63,788 nucleotides of DNA from Malacoraja senta (Eukaryota): NCBI GenBank assembly GCA_038087875.1, contig CM075977.1:217000213-217064000 (forward strand), given 5' to 3'. Position numbers and translations under genes: made by a program. Shown piece by piece: positions 12,955-25,890 of this stretch. How positions within the stretch are numbered: position 1 is the stretch's first letter; every line of letters starts with the position of its first letter. The notes below the pieces were generated by a model that made no database searches, was not told where the DNA came from, and was given only the letters and a program-made list of their open reading frames with translations.

Positions 12955-13420
12955 CATAGAAACATAGAAAATAGGTGCAGGAGTAGGCCATTTGGCCCTT
13001 CGAGCCTGCACCGCCATTCAATATGATCATGGCTGATCATCCAACTCAGTATCCTGTACCTGCTTTCTCTCCATACCCCCTGATCCCTTTAGCCACAAGG
13101 GCCACATCTAACTCCCTCTTAAATATAGCCAATGAACTGGCCTCAACCACCTCCTGTGGCAGAGAATTCCAGAGATTCACCACTCTCTGTGTGAAAAATG
13201 TTTTTCTCATCTCGGTCCTAAAAGATTTCCCCCTTATCCTTAAACTGTGACCCATTGTCCTGGACTTCCCCAACATCGGGAACAATCTTCCTGCATCTAG
13301 CCTGTCCAACCCCTTAAGAATTTTGTAAGTTTCTATAAGATCCCCCCTCAATCTTTTAAATTCTAGCGCGTACAAGCCGAGTCTATCCAGTCTTTCTTCA
13401 TATGAAAGTCCTGACATCAC
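12955..13420 (-). mobile_element. CR1 LINE 3' fragment
   Basis: ORF 13046-13420 is the CR1 C-terminus; same subfamily as 878-1297. Confidence 0.92.
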
Positions 13421-13854
13421 AGCATGGCTACTGTTGGGGGGGGTCTACACACTATTACTACCTCTGTCTTCGTTCTGTTTGTTTTAACCAATATGCAAAT
13501 TACATTCAAACCTAAATAATCTTTCACAATTATACATCAATGTTTATTAGCAGAGGTATTCCATTGCCTACTCTTTCTCACCCATCTTCCTTAAAGTTAA
13601 ATAATTCTGAGAATTTAGTTCCCAGCTTTGATCATCTTGCAACCATGTATGAGTTCATATGTGTTAAATTCCTATTAGTGCTGTTCATTTTTGATTTGAT
13701 TTTTCATGTTTGATATAGACTTTTAAAATTTGTCTTTTACCTCCTTTCTTTATATAAATGCTGATTCCCGAGTTATCACCATCAAGGAGGCTTTCCTTAA
13801 ATTTCCACTAAACTTCAACTTTCTCTCCCCCCTCCCTCCCCCACCACATTTAGT

Positions 13855-13980
13855 TTGAACAAGTTTCCAACCCAAATCACCTATCCATGTTCTCCAGAGA
13901 TGCTGCCTGATCCACTGAGTTACTCCAGCACTTTGTGGCTTTTTTTTGTAAACGAGCATCTCCAGTTCCTCGTGTCTCCA
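13855..13980 (+). mobile_element. Penelope-like pLTR remnant (degenerate)
   Basis: cacctatccatgttctccagagatgctgcctgatccactgagttactccagcac shared with the family. Confidence 0.65.
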
Positions 13981-14679
13981 ATCAGATATATCATTGTCTT
14001 TAAGACTGCTAGCTGCTGGTTCACAGTAGAAGGTCAAAAATGAGATTTGCTTTGGAAATTCACAAGGCAATCTCTTTTATTGATACATAAAATAATTTAT
14101 CAAGCAAAGTAACATCCATTGATACTTCAAGGAACATTGTGATTCTGTACCATTTTAACTACACAGGGGAAGACAATAAATATTCGTGTTAATTAACTAA
14201 TTGAAATCGTTCATTTCTGACGAGCAAAAATTGCGGACAATTCTCAGCAATGGAACCCTTGTGTAACCCAGAGACTGCCTGTGCTTAATTGCAACCTTTT
14301 TATAAATCTGCATGTTACGCTATTTGGCCTTGCATGAATACAGCCTGTCAATTACTTGAATTCACTTGCTCGGATCTTTGACATTTGATACGACTTTTCA
14401 TGGCTCGTAGATGTTACAAATTGCTCTTCTACATTATTTTGTTGTTTTCCCCATTAAAATCATTTGGTATAAAAAGATCATGCCATTTAGACTTTAATTA
14501 CTCATGTTGATTTTTTTCCCCTTATATTTATGTTGACTTGATGTGAAATAAACACGGCCCGTTTTATTCTTTGCCTCTGTCCGATTTATCTTGCTACTTT
14601 GCCTTTCCCTACTTCAAGAAATATAGAAATTCAAGGTTTGCAGAGATCATGGTTTAATAAAGGCACGTTATATTTTCAG

Positions 14680-14781
14680 GAGTGACAGTTCCTTCAGCTA
14701 CTTTCTATTCTTCTTCGTATTCATGTGTCAGTTTGCTGTCCATGTTCTACAATCAGTAGGAATTCCACAGTGGGGGAACTG
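14680..14781 (+). CDS. SCAMP1: SCAMP1 coding exon (102 bp)
   Basis: tttcag|G acceptor; [34 protein letters not shown]; donor gtaagt. Not in the ORF track. Confidence 0.96.
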
Positions 14782-15221
14782 GTAAGTATTACTTACTGGC
14801 TTTTAATAGCATTACCATCTGATTGTTTTTAATAATTAGAAAAGCATTGTGTTCTTGGTTGGGTGATATGCCAGATGAATTAAATTATGTTTATAAGGAA
14901 AGTTAATTCACTTCAGAGGAAACGTGCATGCATGCATACAGAATTATTCACTTTGTGTGATTTCATAGACCCATTGATTTGTGCAGCACAAGTGGTTCCT
15001 TTGGCCCAATGCGCCCATGCCAACTGTGCCTTTTCCTTTGCTTCTTTGAACCATTTATAGACAAGGTTGATTTTTTTTTTCAGCCAGAATTTTGCATATT
15101 TTGGACTAGATGTCACTGAACTTGGGGTTTTCATACCCTAACTATTGCCAAGGCTATATACGTTCCTACTATTATATGTTACACTGTCTTCATTGATCTT
15201 GGCTCAGAAATCAAAACAGAA

Positions 15222-15935
15222 TAGACACATAATGCTGGAATAGCTCAACGGATCAGGCAGCATCGCTGGAGAAAAGGAATAGGTGACATTCTGGGTCAAA
15301 GTCAGTTTATTATCACGTACCAATTAAGGTACAGTGAAATTCAAATTACCACACAGCCATACTAAAACAAAAGCAACAAGACACACAACTACATAAGTTA
15401 ACATAAATATCCACCACAGCGGATTCCCCACATTCCTCACTGTGATGGAAGGCAATAAGGTTCAATCTCCTTAAGCGGCTGTCCCACTGTACGAGCTAAT
15501 TCAAGAGCTCTCCCGAGTTTAAAAAAAAATCAAACTCGTGGTAAGCACGTTGAATGTACGGAGCGGGTACGTCGGAGCTCGGGACGTCTCTTACCGGCTC
15601 GTAATGCTAACGGCAGGTACTCGGGAAACGCGGTAAGCTCGGGAAGACTCGTGAAGATTTTTCAACATGCTATTACCGTAATTCTCCGAGTACGAATCAG
15701 GAGAAACTCGGGAGAACTCTTGAATTAGCTCGTACAGTGGGACAGCCCCATTAGTCCCCTTTTTTGAGACCCTTCTTCAGACTGAGTCAGGGGAGAGGGT
15801 TACAGACAAATCAGAGCCTGCACCAATGGCCAAGGAGCCCACAGTGGTCCTTTGTTGGCTTTGGAGTAGGGGATAATGAGGGGATATGATCAGTGAAACT
15901 AACAGGATGACTAGGGTGTGAGAAGGATGGAGAGA
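15222..15935 (-). mobile_element. Penelope-like pLTR/3' remnant interrupted by a nested insertion (15298-15765)
   Basis: gggtc (ends 15297) and gagacccttcttcagact (starts 15766) rejoin into the family hammerhead motif. Confidence 0.7.
15474..15750. mobile_element. PIF/Harbinger-type MITE
   Basis: About 45-bp TIRs (ggctgtcccactgtacgagctaattcaagag...); TTA TSD at 15471-15473 and 15751-15753. Confidence 0.85.
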
Positions 15936-16059
15936 GACCTTCTTTGTCTGGATTGGCAGTGAAGTCACAGCTTATTTTACTTATGTAGATTTTTGGAATT
16001 TCACAAATGTTTTATAATATCAGGAAAGAATTACATTTTCTAAAGTCCATTATATAATG

Positions 16060-17500
16060 AGTCAGAGAATGATACAGTGTGGAAACGGGTCCTTCGGCCC
16101 AACTTGTCCACATTGGCCAACATGTCCCTGCTACTCTAGTCCCACCTGCCGGCGTTTGGTCCATATCCCTCCAAACCTGTCCTTTCCATGTACCTGTCTA
16201 ACTGTTTCTTAAATGTTGGGATAATCCCTGCTTCAGCTACCTCCTCTGGCAGCTTGTGCCATACACCCACCACCTTCTGTGTGATAATGTTACCCCTCAG
16301 GTTCCTATTAAATCTTTTCCCCTTCATCATGAACCTATGTCTTCTGATCCTCGATTCCCCTACTCTGGGCAAGAGACTCTGTGCATCTACCTGGTCTATT
16401 CCTCTCATGACTGAAAACAAAACACTAAATGTGGCCTCACCAATGTCTTGTTCAACTGCAACATGACCTCCCAACATCTATACTCGATACTCTGGCTGAT
16501 GAAGGCCAATGTGCCAAAAGCCTTTTTGACCACCCAATCTACCTGCGACTCCACCTTCAGGGAGCTAGACACCTGCACTCCTAGATCCCTCTGCACTCCA
16601 ACACTATCCATAGCCCTACCATTCACTGTGTAGATCCTGCCCATGTTAGATTTCCCAAAATACAACACCTCACATTTTTCTGCATCCTCAGCCAATTGGC
16701 CAATTGATCAAGATCCTGCTGCAATTTTTCACAACCATCTTCACTATCTGCAAAACCACCCACCTTTGTATCATCTGCAAACTTGCTAGCCTTTTTGTGT
16801 ATGTTCTCATGCAAATCATTGATATAGATGACAAACAGTAACTGGCCCAGCACCGAACCCTGAGGCACACCACTAGTCACAGGCCTCCAGTCCGAGAAGC
16901 AACATTCCACCATCACCCTCTGCTTCCTTCCATGAAGCCAATTTTCTAACCATCTTTTGTTTGGTTTCGAGATACAGCACGGAAACAGAACCTTCGGCCC
17001 ACCGAGTCCGTGCCGACCAGTGATCCCCACACATTAGCACTATCCTACACACACTAGGGACAATTTACACTTACATCTAGCCAATTAACCTACATACCTG
17101 TACGTCTTTGCAGTGTGGGAGGAAATCGAAGATCTCGGAGAAAATCCACGCTGGTCACGGGTCGATCGTACACAAACTCCGTACAGATAACGTAGTCGGG
17201 ATCGAACCTGGGTCTCCGGCACTGCAAGCGCTGTGAGGCAGCAACTCTACCGCTGTGGCACAGTGCCGCCCAAGGAGAATCTCTCCTTGGATCCCATGCA
17301 ATCTAACCTCCCAGAGCAGCCTACCATGAGGAACCTTTCTGAATACTTTACCGCAATCCATTTATGCAACATCTACAGCTCTGCCCTCATCCACCTTTTT
17401 GGTCACGTCTTCATCAAAAAACTCCAAATCAGATTTGTGAGACACGACCTCCCATGTACAGAACCATGCTGGCTATCCCTAATCAGCCCTTGCCCGTCTA
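16060..17500 (-). mobile_element. CR1 LINE fragment with nested SINE
   Basis: SGVPQGSVLG, KFADDTKVGG and KVPHGRLL motifs; interrupted at 16955-17271. Confidence 0.9.
16955..17271 (-). mobile_element. HE1-like tRNA-derived SINE (V-SINE type)
   Basis: tRNA-like head with A/B boxes, central conserved block, CR1-like 3' tail gggccgaag...gtttccgtgctgtatctc. Confidence 0.85.
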
Positions 17501-17626
17501 AATGAGGGGAAGATGTTTCATGGTTTAATTTGAAGAAATATTTGAAACGTAGATCTCTTGTATACATGTTGTTGCTTGTCTTAGTTTGCATTTTAAAAGA
17601 TTACATTTAACGTTATGTTGTTGCAG

Positions 17627-17744
17627 TGGTTGGATTTCAGCACTAACAGCTCTTAATAAAAGTATTCCTGTCGGTGTTCTGATGATGATTACTGCAGCAG
17701 CTTTTACTGGCTCGTCTGTTGTCTCACTAATCATGTTTAAAAAG
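17627..17744 (+). CDS. SCAMP1: SCAMP1 coding exon (118 bp)
   Basis: ttgcag|T acceptor; [39 protein letters not shown]; donor gtaagc, phase 0. Confidence 0.96.
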
Positions 17745-17952
17745 GTAAGCAATTGTTACCTATCCAACATACAGTAGTACTTTGCTTTATCTGGGTATTC
17801 ATTCACTTAACCAATTAAGAATGAAAGCATTTTTTTCAGGGGGAAAATCGCTCTTATTCCATCTTTTATTTCTTCGTGTTTGAAAATGAAATATTTGAAT
17901 GTGGATGTTTTCCAAAGTTCTATTGATAAACTCATATTTATCAATATCAATA

Positions 17953-18071
17953 TTGGGGAGAAGGCAGGAACGGGGTACTGATTGGGGATGATCAGCCATG
18001 ATCACATTGAATGGTGGTGCTGGCTCGAAGGGCCAAATGGCCTACTCCCGCACCTATTGTCTATTGTCTAT
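17953..18071 (+). mobile_element. CR1 3' end
   Basis: CR1 3' UTR with (ctattgt)n tail. Confidence 0.85.
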
Positions 18072-18705
18072 CAATGTGCTACTTCTAAATTCAGGATTCA
18101 GGGAAAACGACCTATTTTACAGTTTTATTTTACTAATTCCTAACTTTTCAGAAAATTAATTTGTAACAAGCTGATAAATAATTAGCATACAATTACATGG
18201 TTCTGCTATGAATTAAATTAGCCTAATGTGATTTAAGAACAAGAGATCATTTTGCAAAATGACCAAGAATGTGAAGAATTGATAGGAATCACTCATCATA
18301 TCATTCAGTTAACCATTCCACTGAGTCCCAATTTATCTCCTTTTAAAAGTTTTTTTTAATTCTTGGCGTGATAACGGAACAGTTTTCTTACTCAAGCCAC
18401 TGTGTTTGACATCCTTCTTAAACAAGGTTGCATCTTCCTTTGATAGTTTGTTGATACGGGCCAGACAATATCCCAGTGCCGGTGTTGATAATTTGTGCTG
18501 AAAGTATCCAAGTTGGTTGCTCTTCCAGAAAAGCTAAAATGCTGTCAAATACTCAGCTATGTGGACACTTCGTTGGTACTTCAGCTCATGACAGTAACTT
18601 GAGGGAGACACGGGGCCCTGAAGTGGTTACTTGTGGAATCTAAATCTGTACTACTGGTGTCTCTCGGTGCCTCCTGAGTGTCCACCTTTCTGCTGCCAGA
18701 TCATC

Positions 18706-18980
18706 AGGACCTCTTTGCTCTTATACTCAACTCCTCTTGTTATGGTAGCATGTTGGCCTTCATAACGAGAGGAGCAAAGAGGTCCTTCTTCAGTTGTACC
18801 TGGTGAGACCACACCTGGAGTATTGTGTGCAGTTTTGGTCTCCAAATGTGAGGAAAGACATTCTTGCTATTGAGGGAGTGCAGCGTAGGTTCACGAGGTT
18901 AATTCCCGGGATGGCGAGACTGTCATATGTTGAAAGAATGGATGACTGGGCTTGTATAGACTGAAATTTAGAAGGATGCT
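18706..18980. mobile_element. Rearranged CR1 fragments (short inverted piece plus + strand piece)
   Basis: VRPHLEYCVQFWSP-encoding segment preceded by an overlapping reverse-complement piece. Confidence 0.7.
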
Positions 18981-19619
18981 TCCCCCCCCCCCCCCCCCCA
19001 GTTAATCTCCCTTCCCCAAGTCCCATATTTCCTTTTAGGAAAGTTGAACTAATGGTGTTTCCAGGATCATATTCATAGTCATTCTCTCTGGAGGAGACAA
19101 GTTGCCCAATTTTCTTGCTTCCATTTACTGTCCAGAGAGACTATAGTAGCCATCGGATCGATATTTAATAATCCGTGACTATCAAGTAGAAAGCTCTCAG
19201 CAAACGTTCTAATGGGCATTAATTTCTGAGATCCTTGATAGGTGATTGAAAATCTGTATTTTCTGATCTATGACAAAATGCACGTTTGTTTGGCAATATT
19301 TTTTACCCTAAATCAAGAAATGTGTGCAATAAATTGCTTTAAAAAAAATAGCCTTTTAACATTGCTAAAATGATCACTTTCTTGTGTTCAAATGGGGTGA
19401 TTCAGTTGGAATTACAATTTTTAAGGAAGTGTAGGTTTGCAGCTACAAACTAGATCTCTAGATGGCAGTCTGCTCACTAATATAGTCACAGTGGCCCAAG
19501 TTTTGTTACTTAAAATATCCTGCATGATATTTTTGAAGTTGAAATATTTTTGTATCCTGTCAATTTTCCGTTTAGTATTGTCTTGAACTCCTGACCATAA
19601 GTTTATTTCTAATGAAGTA

Positions 19620-20242
19620 GATGTAGCCCAGTCCGCCACAGAGACCAGACTTCCCACCATTGACTTCATCTGCATTTTACACTGCCTCGGGAAAGCAGCC
19701 AACAAAATGAAAGACCTAGTCCAACTCCGGTCATTTCTTCTTTTCCCTGCACCCGTCCAGCCGAAGGTACAGAACCTTGACAGTGCGTATCCCCAGATTC
19801 AGGAACAGCTTCTTTCCCACTGTTATTGAGAGGGAGTTAAATTTTGCTCTTCGGGCTAAAGGAATCAAAGGATACGGGGTGAAAGCAGAAACGGGGTACT
19901 GACTTTAGATGATCAGCCATGATCATATTGAGCTGGCTCGAATGGCCTACTCCCGCACCTATTTTTCCATGTTTCTATCAGGCTTTTGAACAGTCCTTCC
20001 ATAACCTAGGGTACTTGTCTGATTCACCTCTACTCCATTGCGGACACTGGACTTTGTCTAGCACTGCTGTACTTTAATGCTGAGAACTATATTCTCCACT
20101 CTGCATCTTCCCCATTTCTCTGTCTATTGTACTAAAGTTTGACTTGATTGTATTTTTGTAAAGTTATCTGATCTAATTGATTAGCATGCAAAACAAACCG
20201 TTTCACTGTACCTCGGTACAGGTGACAATAATAAACTTAAAC
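19620..20242 (+). mobile_element. Rex1/Babar 3' end with nested CR1 3' piece (about 19829-19975)
   Basis: RFRNSFFP-type 3' coding remnant and tail ttcactgtacctcggtacaggtgacaataataaac. Confidence 0.7.
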
Positions 20243-20312
20243 CAGCTTGTTTGGCATTGGAGTGCAGTGTATTTTCATTTGGATTATTCATTGAGAACTA
20301 TTTCCTCCGTAG

Positions 20313-20465
20313 GTGCATGGAATGTATCGCACTACAGGAGCTAGCTTTGAAAAAGCTCAGCAAGAGTTTGCGACGGGAGTAATGTCGAACAAAACTGTAC
20401 AAACCGCTGCAGCAAATGCAGCCTCTACTGCTGCCCGTGGTGCTTTCAAAGGCAACCAAATTTAA
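20313..20465 (+). CDS. SCAMP1: SCAMP1 last coding exon
   Basis: ccgtag|GTG acceptor; [50 protein letters not shown] then TAA at 20463-20465, which is the SCAMP1 C-terminus. Confidence 0.97.
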   Translation: MHGMYRTTGASFEKAQQEFATGVMSNKTVQTAAANAASTAARGAFKGNQI

Positions 20466-23400
20466 AGGAGATGGGGAAGCACACCACCTCTCTACTTGAT
20501 TCCATCTGTCCATGTACTGCTCCAGTCATTACAACCACACTGATATCTATGAACATGGTCTCATCATAACTTCAGCATGAACCTTTATAAGGGAAAAAAA
20601 TTAAACATCTTTATGTAGCCCTTCAATTAGGTTTTCGCATGGGCTAAAAATTGACAAACAGTACTTGCTTGACTGAAACATTCTTTTTTAATCGCTTTTT
20701 ATTTTCCCTAGATATTTTGGATCAATCATACTGACCTTTTTTCTCTTTTTTTTGTTAAAGCTGTAAATAGCATGTTTCACGGTCTCTTTAATATTGTATT
20801 TCTGAATTACTGGAGAATCTTGCATCTTCTGTGCTACACTGGATTGCTGTCTAATTTGCACGCAAATTTGTGATATTGAAGAATTGTTTGTGCTACCAGT
20901 GTACATTGGATTGGATTTTTTTTTCCTGTGTGTCTGATGCATCATCTGTAACTGCCTCGATAAAACCCCACTTCCAAGTCAATACTCAAATACCTTTAAC
21001 CATTTGCAATTGTTTGTAGTTTTTCCTCTTTACTTTTTGTCTATTAACTCAAAATGTCATCTCTGACTCTTATACATTTTAGTGGTGTAATCACATGGTT
21101 GATTTACTATTTCTATCATAATTGAGTACATGATCCAAACCAAGAATCCTAAATTGTTGGAGTGTAAGCTGTGTGGCACAGTATAATTTGATGTTGTCAA
21201 TTACAAGTGGAGTGAATTGTTTGAAATGTCTTTTGGAAATTGAACTGCAATAATTAAGTATGTTGTGCCTTCAACTATTACAAATTGACAGTGCAAAACA
21301 AATTCCTGCCGTAAGAGTCTTTGAGAAAGATGAATTCTGCTTGTAAAAAGGGTTGTACTTGCCCATTTTAATTTGGATTTAAAAAAAAAATCTACTATTG
21401 ACATGTTCAATAGCATTTTGGGCTCTTGTCTGGCATTTCAGTTTATTGGATCATGTTTTGGAAATAATAATCTTTTTCTTTCCAGTTAAAATATTGGTTT
21501 AATTAGATTTCTGAAGGCTGTTCGAATACAAGATTGAAAAATGGTTGAATTGACAGTTTGCTCTTTAAAATGTGACATCGATAAGTAAAGCAACTGACTG
21601 TACTACTGTTAAGTGTTTCAATCTTGTTGATCAATGAGATCATCTCTTGCATTCGCGAAGATAGTTCTTATGATTGCCTGTTGGTTACGTGCGTGTCTAA
21701 CCCTATTGCAGGTCTAATCTAGAAGTGATGATATCTACATTTTTCTTCTTACTGTTGGTCTTTTTTATACCCACGCTGCTCCTTCCTAAAATCAGCGATG
21801 CCACTGAAGAAAATCCTGCTCCCATGATGGGCCTGAAGAAGAAAGGACTTTCCATTTTGAAAAATGGATACCGTATTATGTGGCCGGATATAGTGAAAAT
21901 TGCACTGTATAGGTTACCTTGTGTATAGAGAATTCTTCAACACTGATTTAAGTTTTAATCTGAAGTACTCATTGAGTGCAGATATTTCAGAAGCAGAAGC
22001 TGGATTCAGTCAGCCAATCAATAATTACACAAGTATTCAAATGTAGATCACGACCGCTTTGGTAATGTTTGCAGTTCCGGTTAGTACAGCATAATGCAAT
22101 TCTTGCCAGGTCCGCATACCTGTTACAAATTTCCTTGCAATGCTGGATCTTTGTTTTCCATTTTATTTGACTGAAGAGCTATTGAAGTGTGCAGTTTAGG
22201 TTCATTTTGTGTGTGTATGTGTTAGCTTGACTTAGTAACGGTTGTTGGTTTCATCAGCTGATCAAGCATCATTGAAGTGTTGTTTTATTTATTTTACTTA
22301 TACATCATTTTTTCTTCTCTTTTCTGAGTTCATTGTTGTATAAATTGTATTTTGAAGGATAATGTACACACTTGATTTTCAAAGCAGTTGTAACATTTTA
22401 AAGAAATTCAAGGCATAATATGCATTGAAATATACATTGTTTATAATGTTATATACTGAGTGTTGGACTAGACAGTTTCAGTTTGTAATGCCTCGAGTTT
22501 GTATGCACAAGTGTAAACTTACCACTGCGGTTCCATCACCTATGACTATTAATTAACGCTTTTGAACCGGTCAAGAGAAAGCAGAGAATTTAGTTTAACC
22601 CCGCAATTGGAGCATGACATTTGATGCAACCAGGTGAACTCTATATTTCTGGTCACAGCACCACCCATTTACCTGTTAGTAGCAGGCACAGACTGAATAT
22701 ATTAATTAATTAATTAATTAATTAAAAATAGGATGTCAGGCAAAGTTAATAACGCAAACTTTAATAACCCCCTAGCTTTGAACAAATTAGCTTGTAATAA
22801 GAGCATTTCCTCGCTTGCATATTTTAAACAAAATTGCAATTAAAATATATTTTTAAAATAAAAGTGAATGAAATCTTGATTTATACATATTTGAAAGATT
22901 AGTTATGGAAATGTGAATGGAGTGCTTTTTAGTAGAATTATCATGATAACCAAACATCTTGTTTTGAATGGAATCAATGGTAACAAATTGTTCTGTTATT
23001 GGTTAAATCTTCTTATGTTAAATGTTATACTAAATATTTTAATGTTGCAAGAGGCATTGAAGGAAATGTCATCCTTTGTTAATTTATATAACTAGTGATA
23101 TTGGTGTATTTTCTACTTTTAAAAACTTTTGTTGTGCAGTACTGTGATAAATCTTAATTAAATTGTGAAATGGTGCAGAAATGGCAATGTTTGTTAAACA
23201 AAACTTGGGAATGCAAGACTCAATTTTCGATGGTAAATTCTTTCTTTGGAGTGAACAGAGTAACTGAAGCAGGCTTTATCCCACACTGCCACAGATGATT
23301 GTGGAATTTCTGCTAAATGTGGATATGGACTCTGAAGTTATCTTGGTGGTGAAGATTGAGGTTTATGTATCCTCTGGCGTATCACTGTCATAAATGACAG

Positions 23401-24153
23401 TCTTGTTTATGAATTGTTATTGATTTGAAAAGTCTGAAAATCGATTCTCAGTGTTAAATGTGGCATTGATTTGTGTACTGTTAGGGATTTTGGTGACATA
23501 TTTGTAGTCTTGCCTTTTATATAAAATAAGTGCAAAACTTGAATCATATGGAAAAAACATGATTGGTAACAGATGATGATGAATTTCTGTTTCGAAAGTT
23601 GAGGTGATTTATTTTATTTGATTATGGAGTCAATATAAATTCAATTTTACTTAATACGAAATTGAGAAACCTACGAGTTCTGTTTTTCCATTCTGCTTCT
23701 TCAAAAAAGGCTGAAGTCAATCAGGAGAGAAGCTTAATTAAATTTGCGAACCCTTATAATGAGCCCGAGCAGTATGAGCTCTGAGCTGCAGTTGAGCCAT
23801 TTGATGTGGCATGCAGCTATCCAAAGTAAATAATAGCTGGGAGCACATGGATCAAACAATTGATAACACTGAGAAACTGCAGCAACACTATTAATCAAGG
23901 TATCAGACATATGTTTCCTTTTGGTGGATGGGGAAGAAAGAGAACAACTATGCACATGGAAATATGGACAAGAGTGGCTATATGTTCCCTTCAGGCTTTA
24001 AAATCACTTGACAGGGAGCATTCCCCATACTTTGTCAAGGGATAAGTAAGGAGCTGACACTTAAATAAATTCAAAACGTAGAAGCCACTGAATGATTTAG
24101 AGTATATAACGTGAAGTAATGTGGTTTATTGTTCAGCATCGAAGAATGGAGAA

Positions 24154-24760
24154 CAATAGACAATAGGTGAAGGAGTAGGCCATTCGGCCCTTCGAGCCAG
24201 CACCGCCATTTCATGTGATAATGGCTGATCATCCCCAATCAGTACCCCGTTACTGCCTTCTCCCCATATCCCCTGACTCCGCTATTTTTAAGAGCCTTAT
24301 CTAGCTCTCTCTTGAAAGCATCCAGAGAACCTGCCTCCACGGCCCTCTGAGGCAGAGAATTCCACATACTCGCAATTCTCTGAGAAAAAGTGTTTCCTCG
24401 TCTCCGTTCTAAATGGCTTACTCCTTATTCTTAAACTGTGGCCCCTGGTTCTGGACTCCCCCAACATCGGGAACATCCTTCTAAACTCCAGAGTGTACAA
24501 GCCCAGCCGCTCCATTCTCTCAGCATATGACAGTCCTGCCATCCCAGGAATTAACCTTGTAAACCTACGCTGCACTCCCTCAATAGCAAGAATGTCCTTC
24601 CTCAAATTAGGCGACCAAAACTGCACACAATACTCCAGGTGTGGTCTCACTAGGGCCCTGTACAACTGCAGAAGGACCTCTTTGCTCCTATACTCAACTC
24701 CTCTAGTTATAAAGGCCAACATGCCATTTGCTTTCTTCACTGCCTGCTGTACCTGCATGC
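24154..24760 (-). mobile_element. CR1 LINE fragment
   Basis: ORF 24297-24773 contains LVRPHLEYCVQFWSP; (ctattgt) tail. Confidence 0.92.
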
Positions 24761-25005
24761 TTAAGAAAGTCATCTGTTGGAAGCTTTGTGCTCAAAGCAG
24801 AAGGCTAAAAGGCAAATAGAGGCTCTGAACTGAATATATTAAGCCAGAGCTCCTGAAAATGTTTGGAGGACATCTTTATCAGGGGATACAAATTGAGTTG
24901 ACTGAAGATCAAAATCACACCATTTGGTGGGCCATTCAAAAGAATAAGGGACAACCCTTGATCTGTAAGGTTGCTGAAGTCATGTAAATATTTGTTTTTA
25001 ATCAA

Positions 25006-25120
25006 GAAACTGCTGATGCTGGAAATCTGAACCAAAACACAAAATGTTGGAAACACTCGGCAGTTCAGGAGGCACCCGTGGACAGAGAATTAATGTTTCA
25101 GATTGGAGTCCCTTTGTCGA
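25006..25120 (-). mobile_element. Old Penelope-like pLTR remnant
   Basis: Diverged aagaaactgctgatgctgg...aaatgttggaaacactcggcag. Confidence 0.5.
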
Positions 25121-25309
25121 CCTGAAAATGTAATTATTTGATGGAAGTGCATGTTTATATGGAACTTATTAAAGATCTGATGAGATCTACCTTTGGATAT
25201 AGTCCAAGATCATTTGAAGAGTAATTATTTGGGTAGGTCAGCAGCAAATATCTGGTTACCGGTTAATCTCTCTGGGTGTAGAGAAAAAAATAGCAAAATA
25301 AGGGAATCT

Positions 25310-25890
25310 TTGCAGTTGTGTAAGACGTTGGTGAGACCGCTTTTAGAATATTGTGTTCAGTGCTGGGTGCCATGTTATAGGAAAGATATTGTCAAGCTTG
25401 AAAGGGTTCAGAAAAGATTTACGAGGATGTTGCCAGGACTAGAGGGTGTGAGCTATAGCGAGATGTTGAGTAGGCTGGGTCTCTATTCCATGGAGCACAG
25501 GAGGATGAGGGGGGGGGGGTGGGGGTTCTTATAGAGGTGTTTAAAATCATGAGAAGAATAGATCGGGTAGATGCACAGAGTCTCTTGCCCAGAGTAGTGG
25601 AATCGAGGACCAGAGGACATAGGTTCAAGGTGAAGGGGAAACGATTTAATAGGAATCCGAGGGGTAACTTTTTCACTCCAAGGGTGGTGGGTGTATGGAA
25701 CAAGCTGCCAGAGGAGGTAGTTGAGGCTGGGACTGTCCCATCGTTTAAGAAACAGACAGGTACATGGATAGGACAGGTTTGAGGGATATGGACCAAGTGC
25801 AGGCAAGTGGGACTAGTGTAGCTGGGACATTGTTGGCTGGTGTGGGCGAGTTGGGCCGAAGGACCTGTTTCCACACTAACACTCTATGAA
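25310..25890 (+). mobile_element. CR1 LINE fragment
   Basis: LVRPLLEYCVQCW...WNKLPEEVVEAG; tail gggccgaaggacctgtttcc. Confidence 0.9.
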
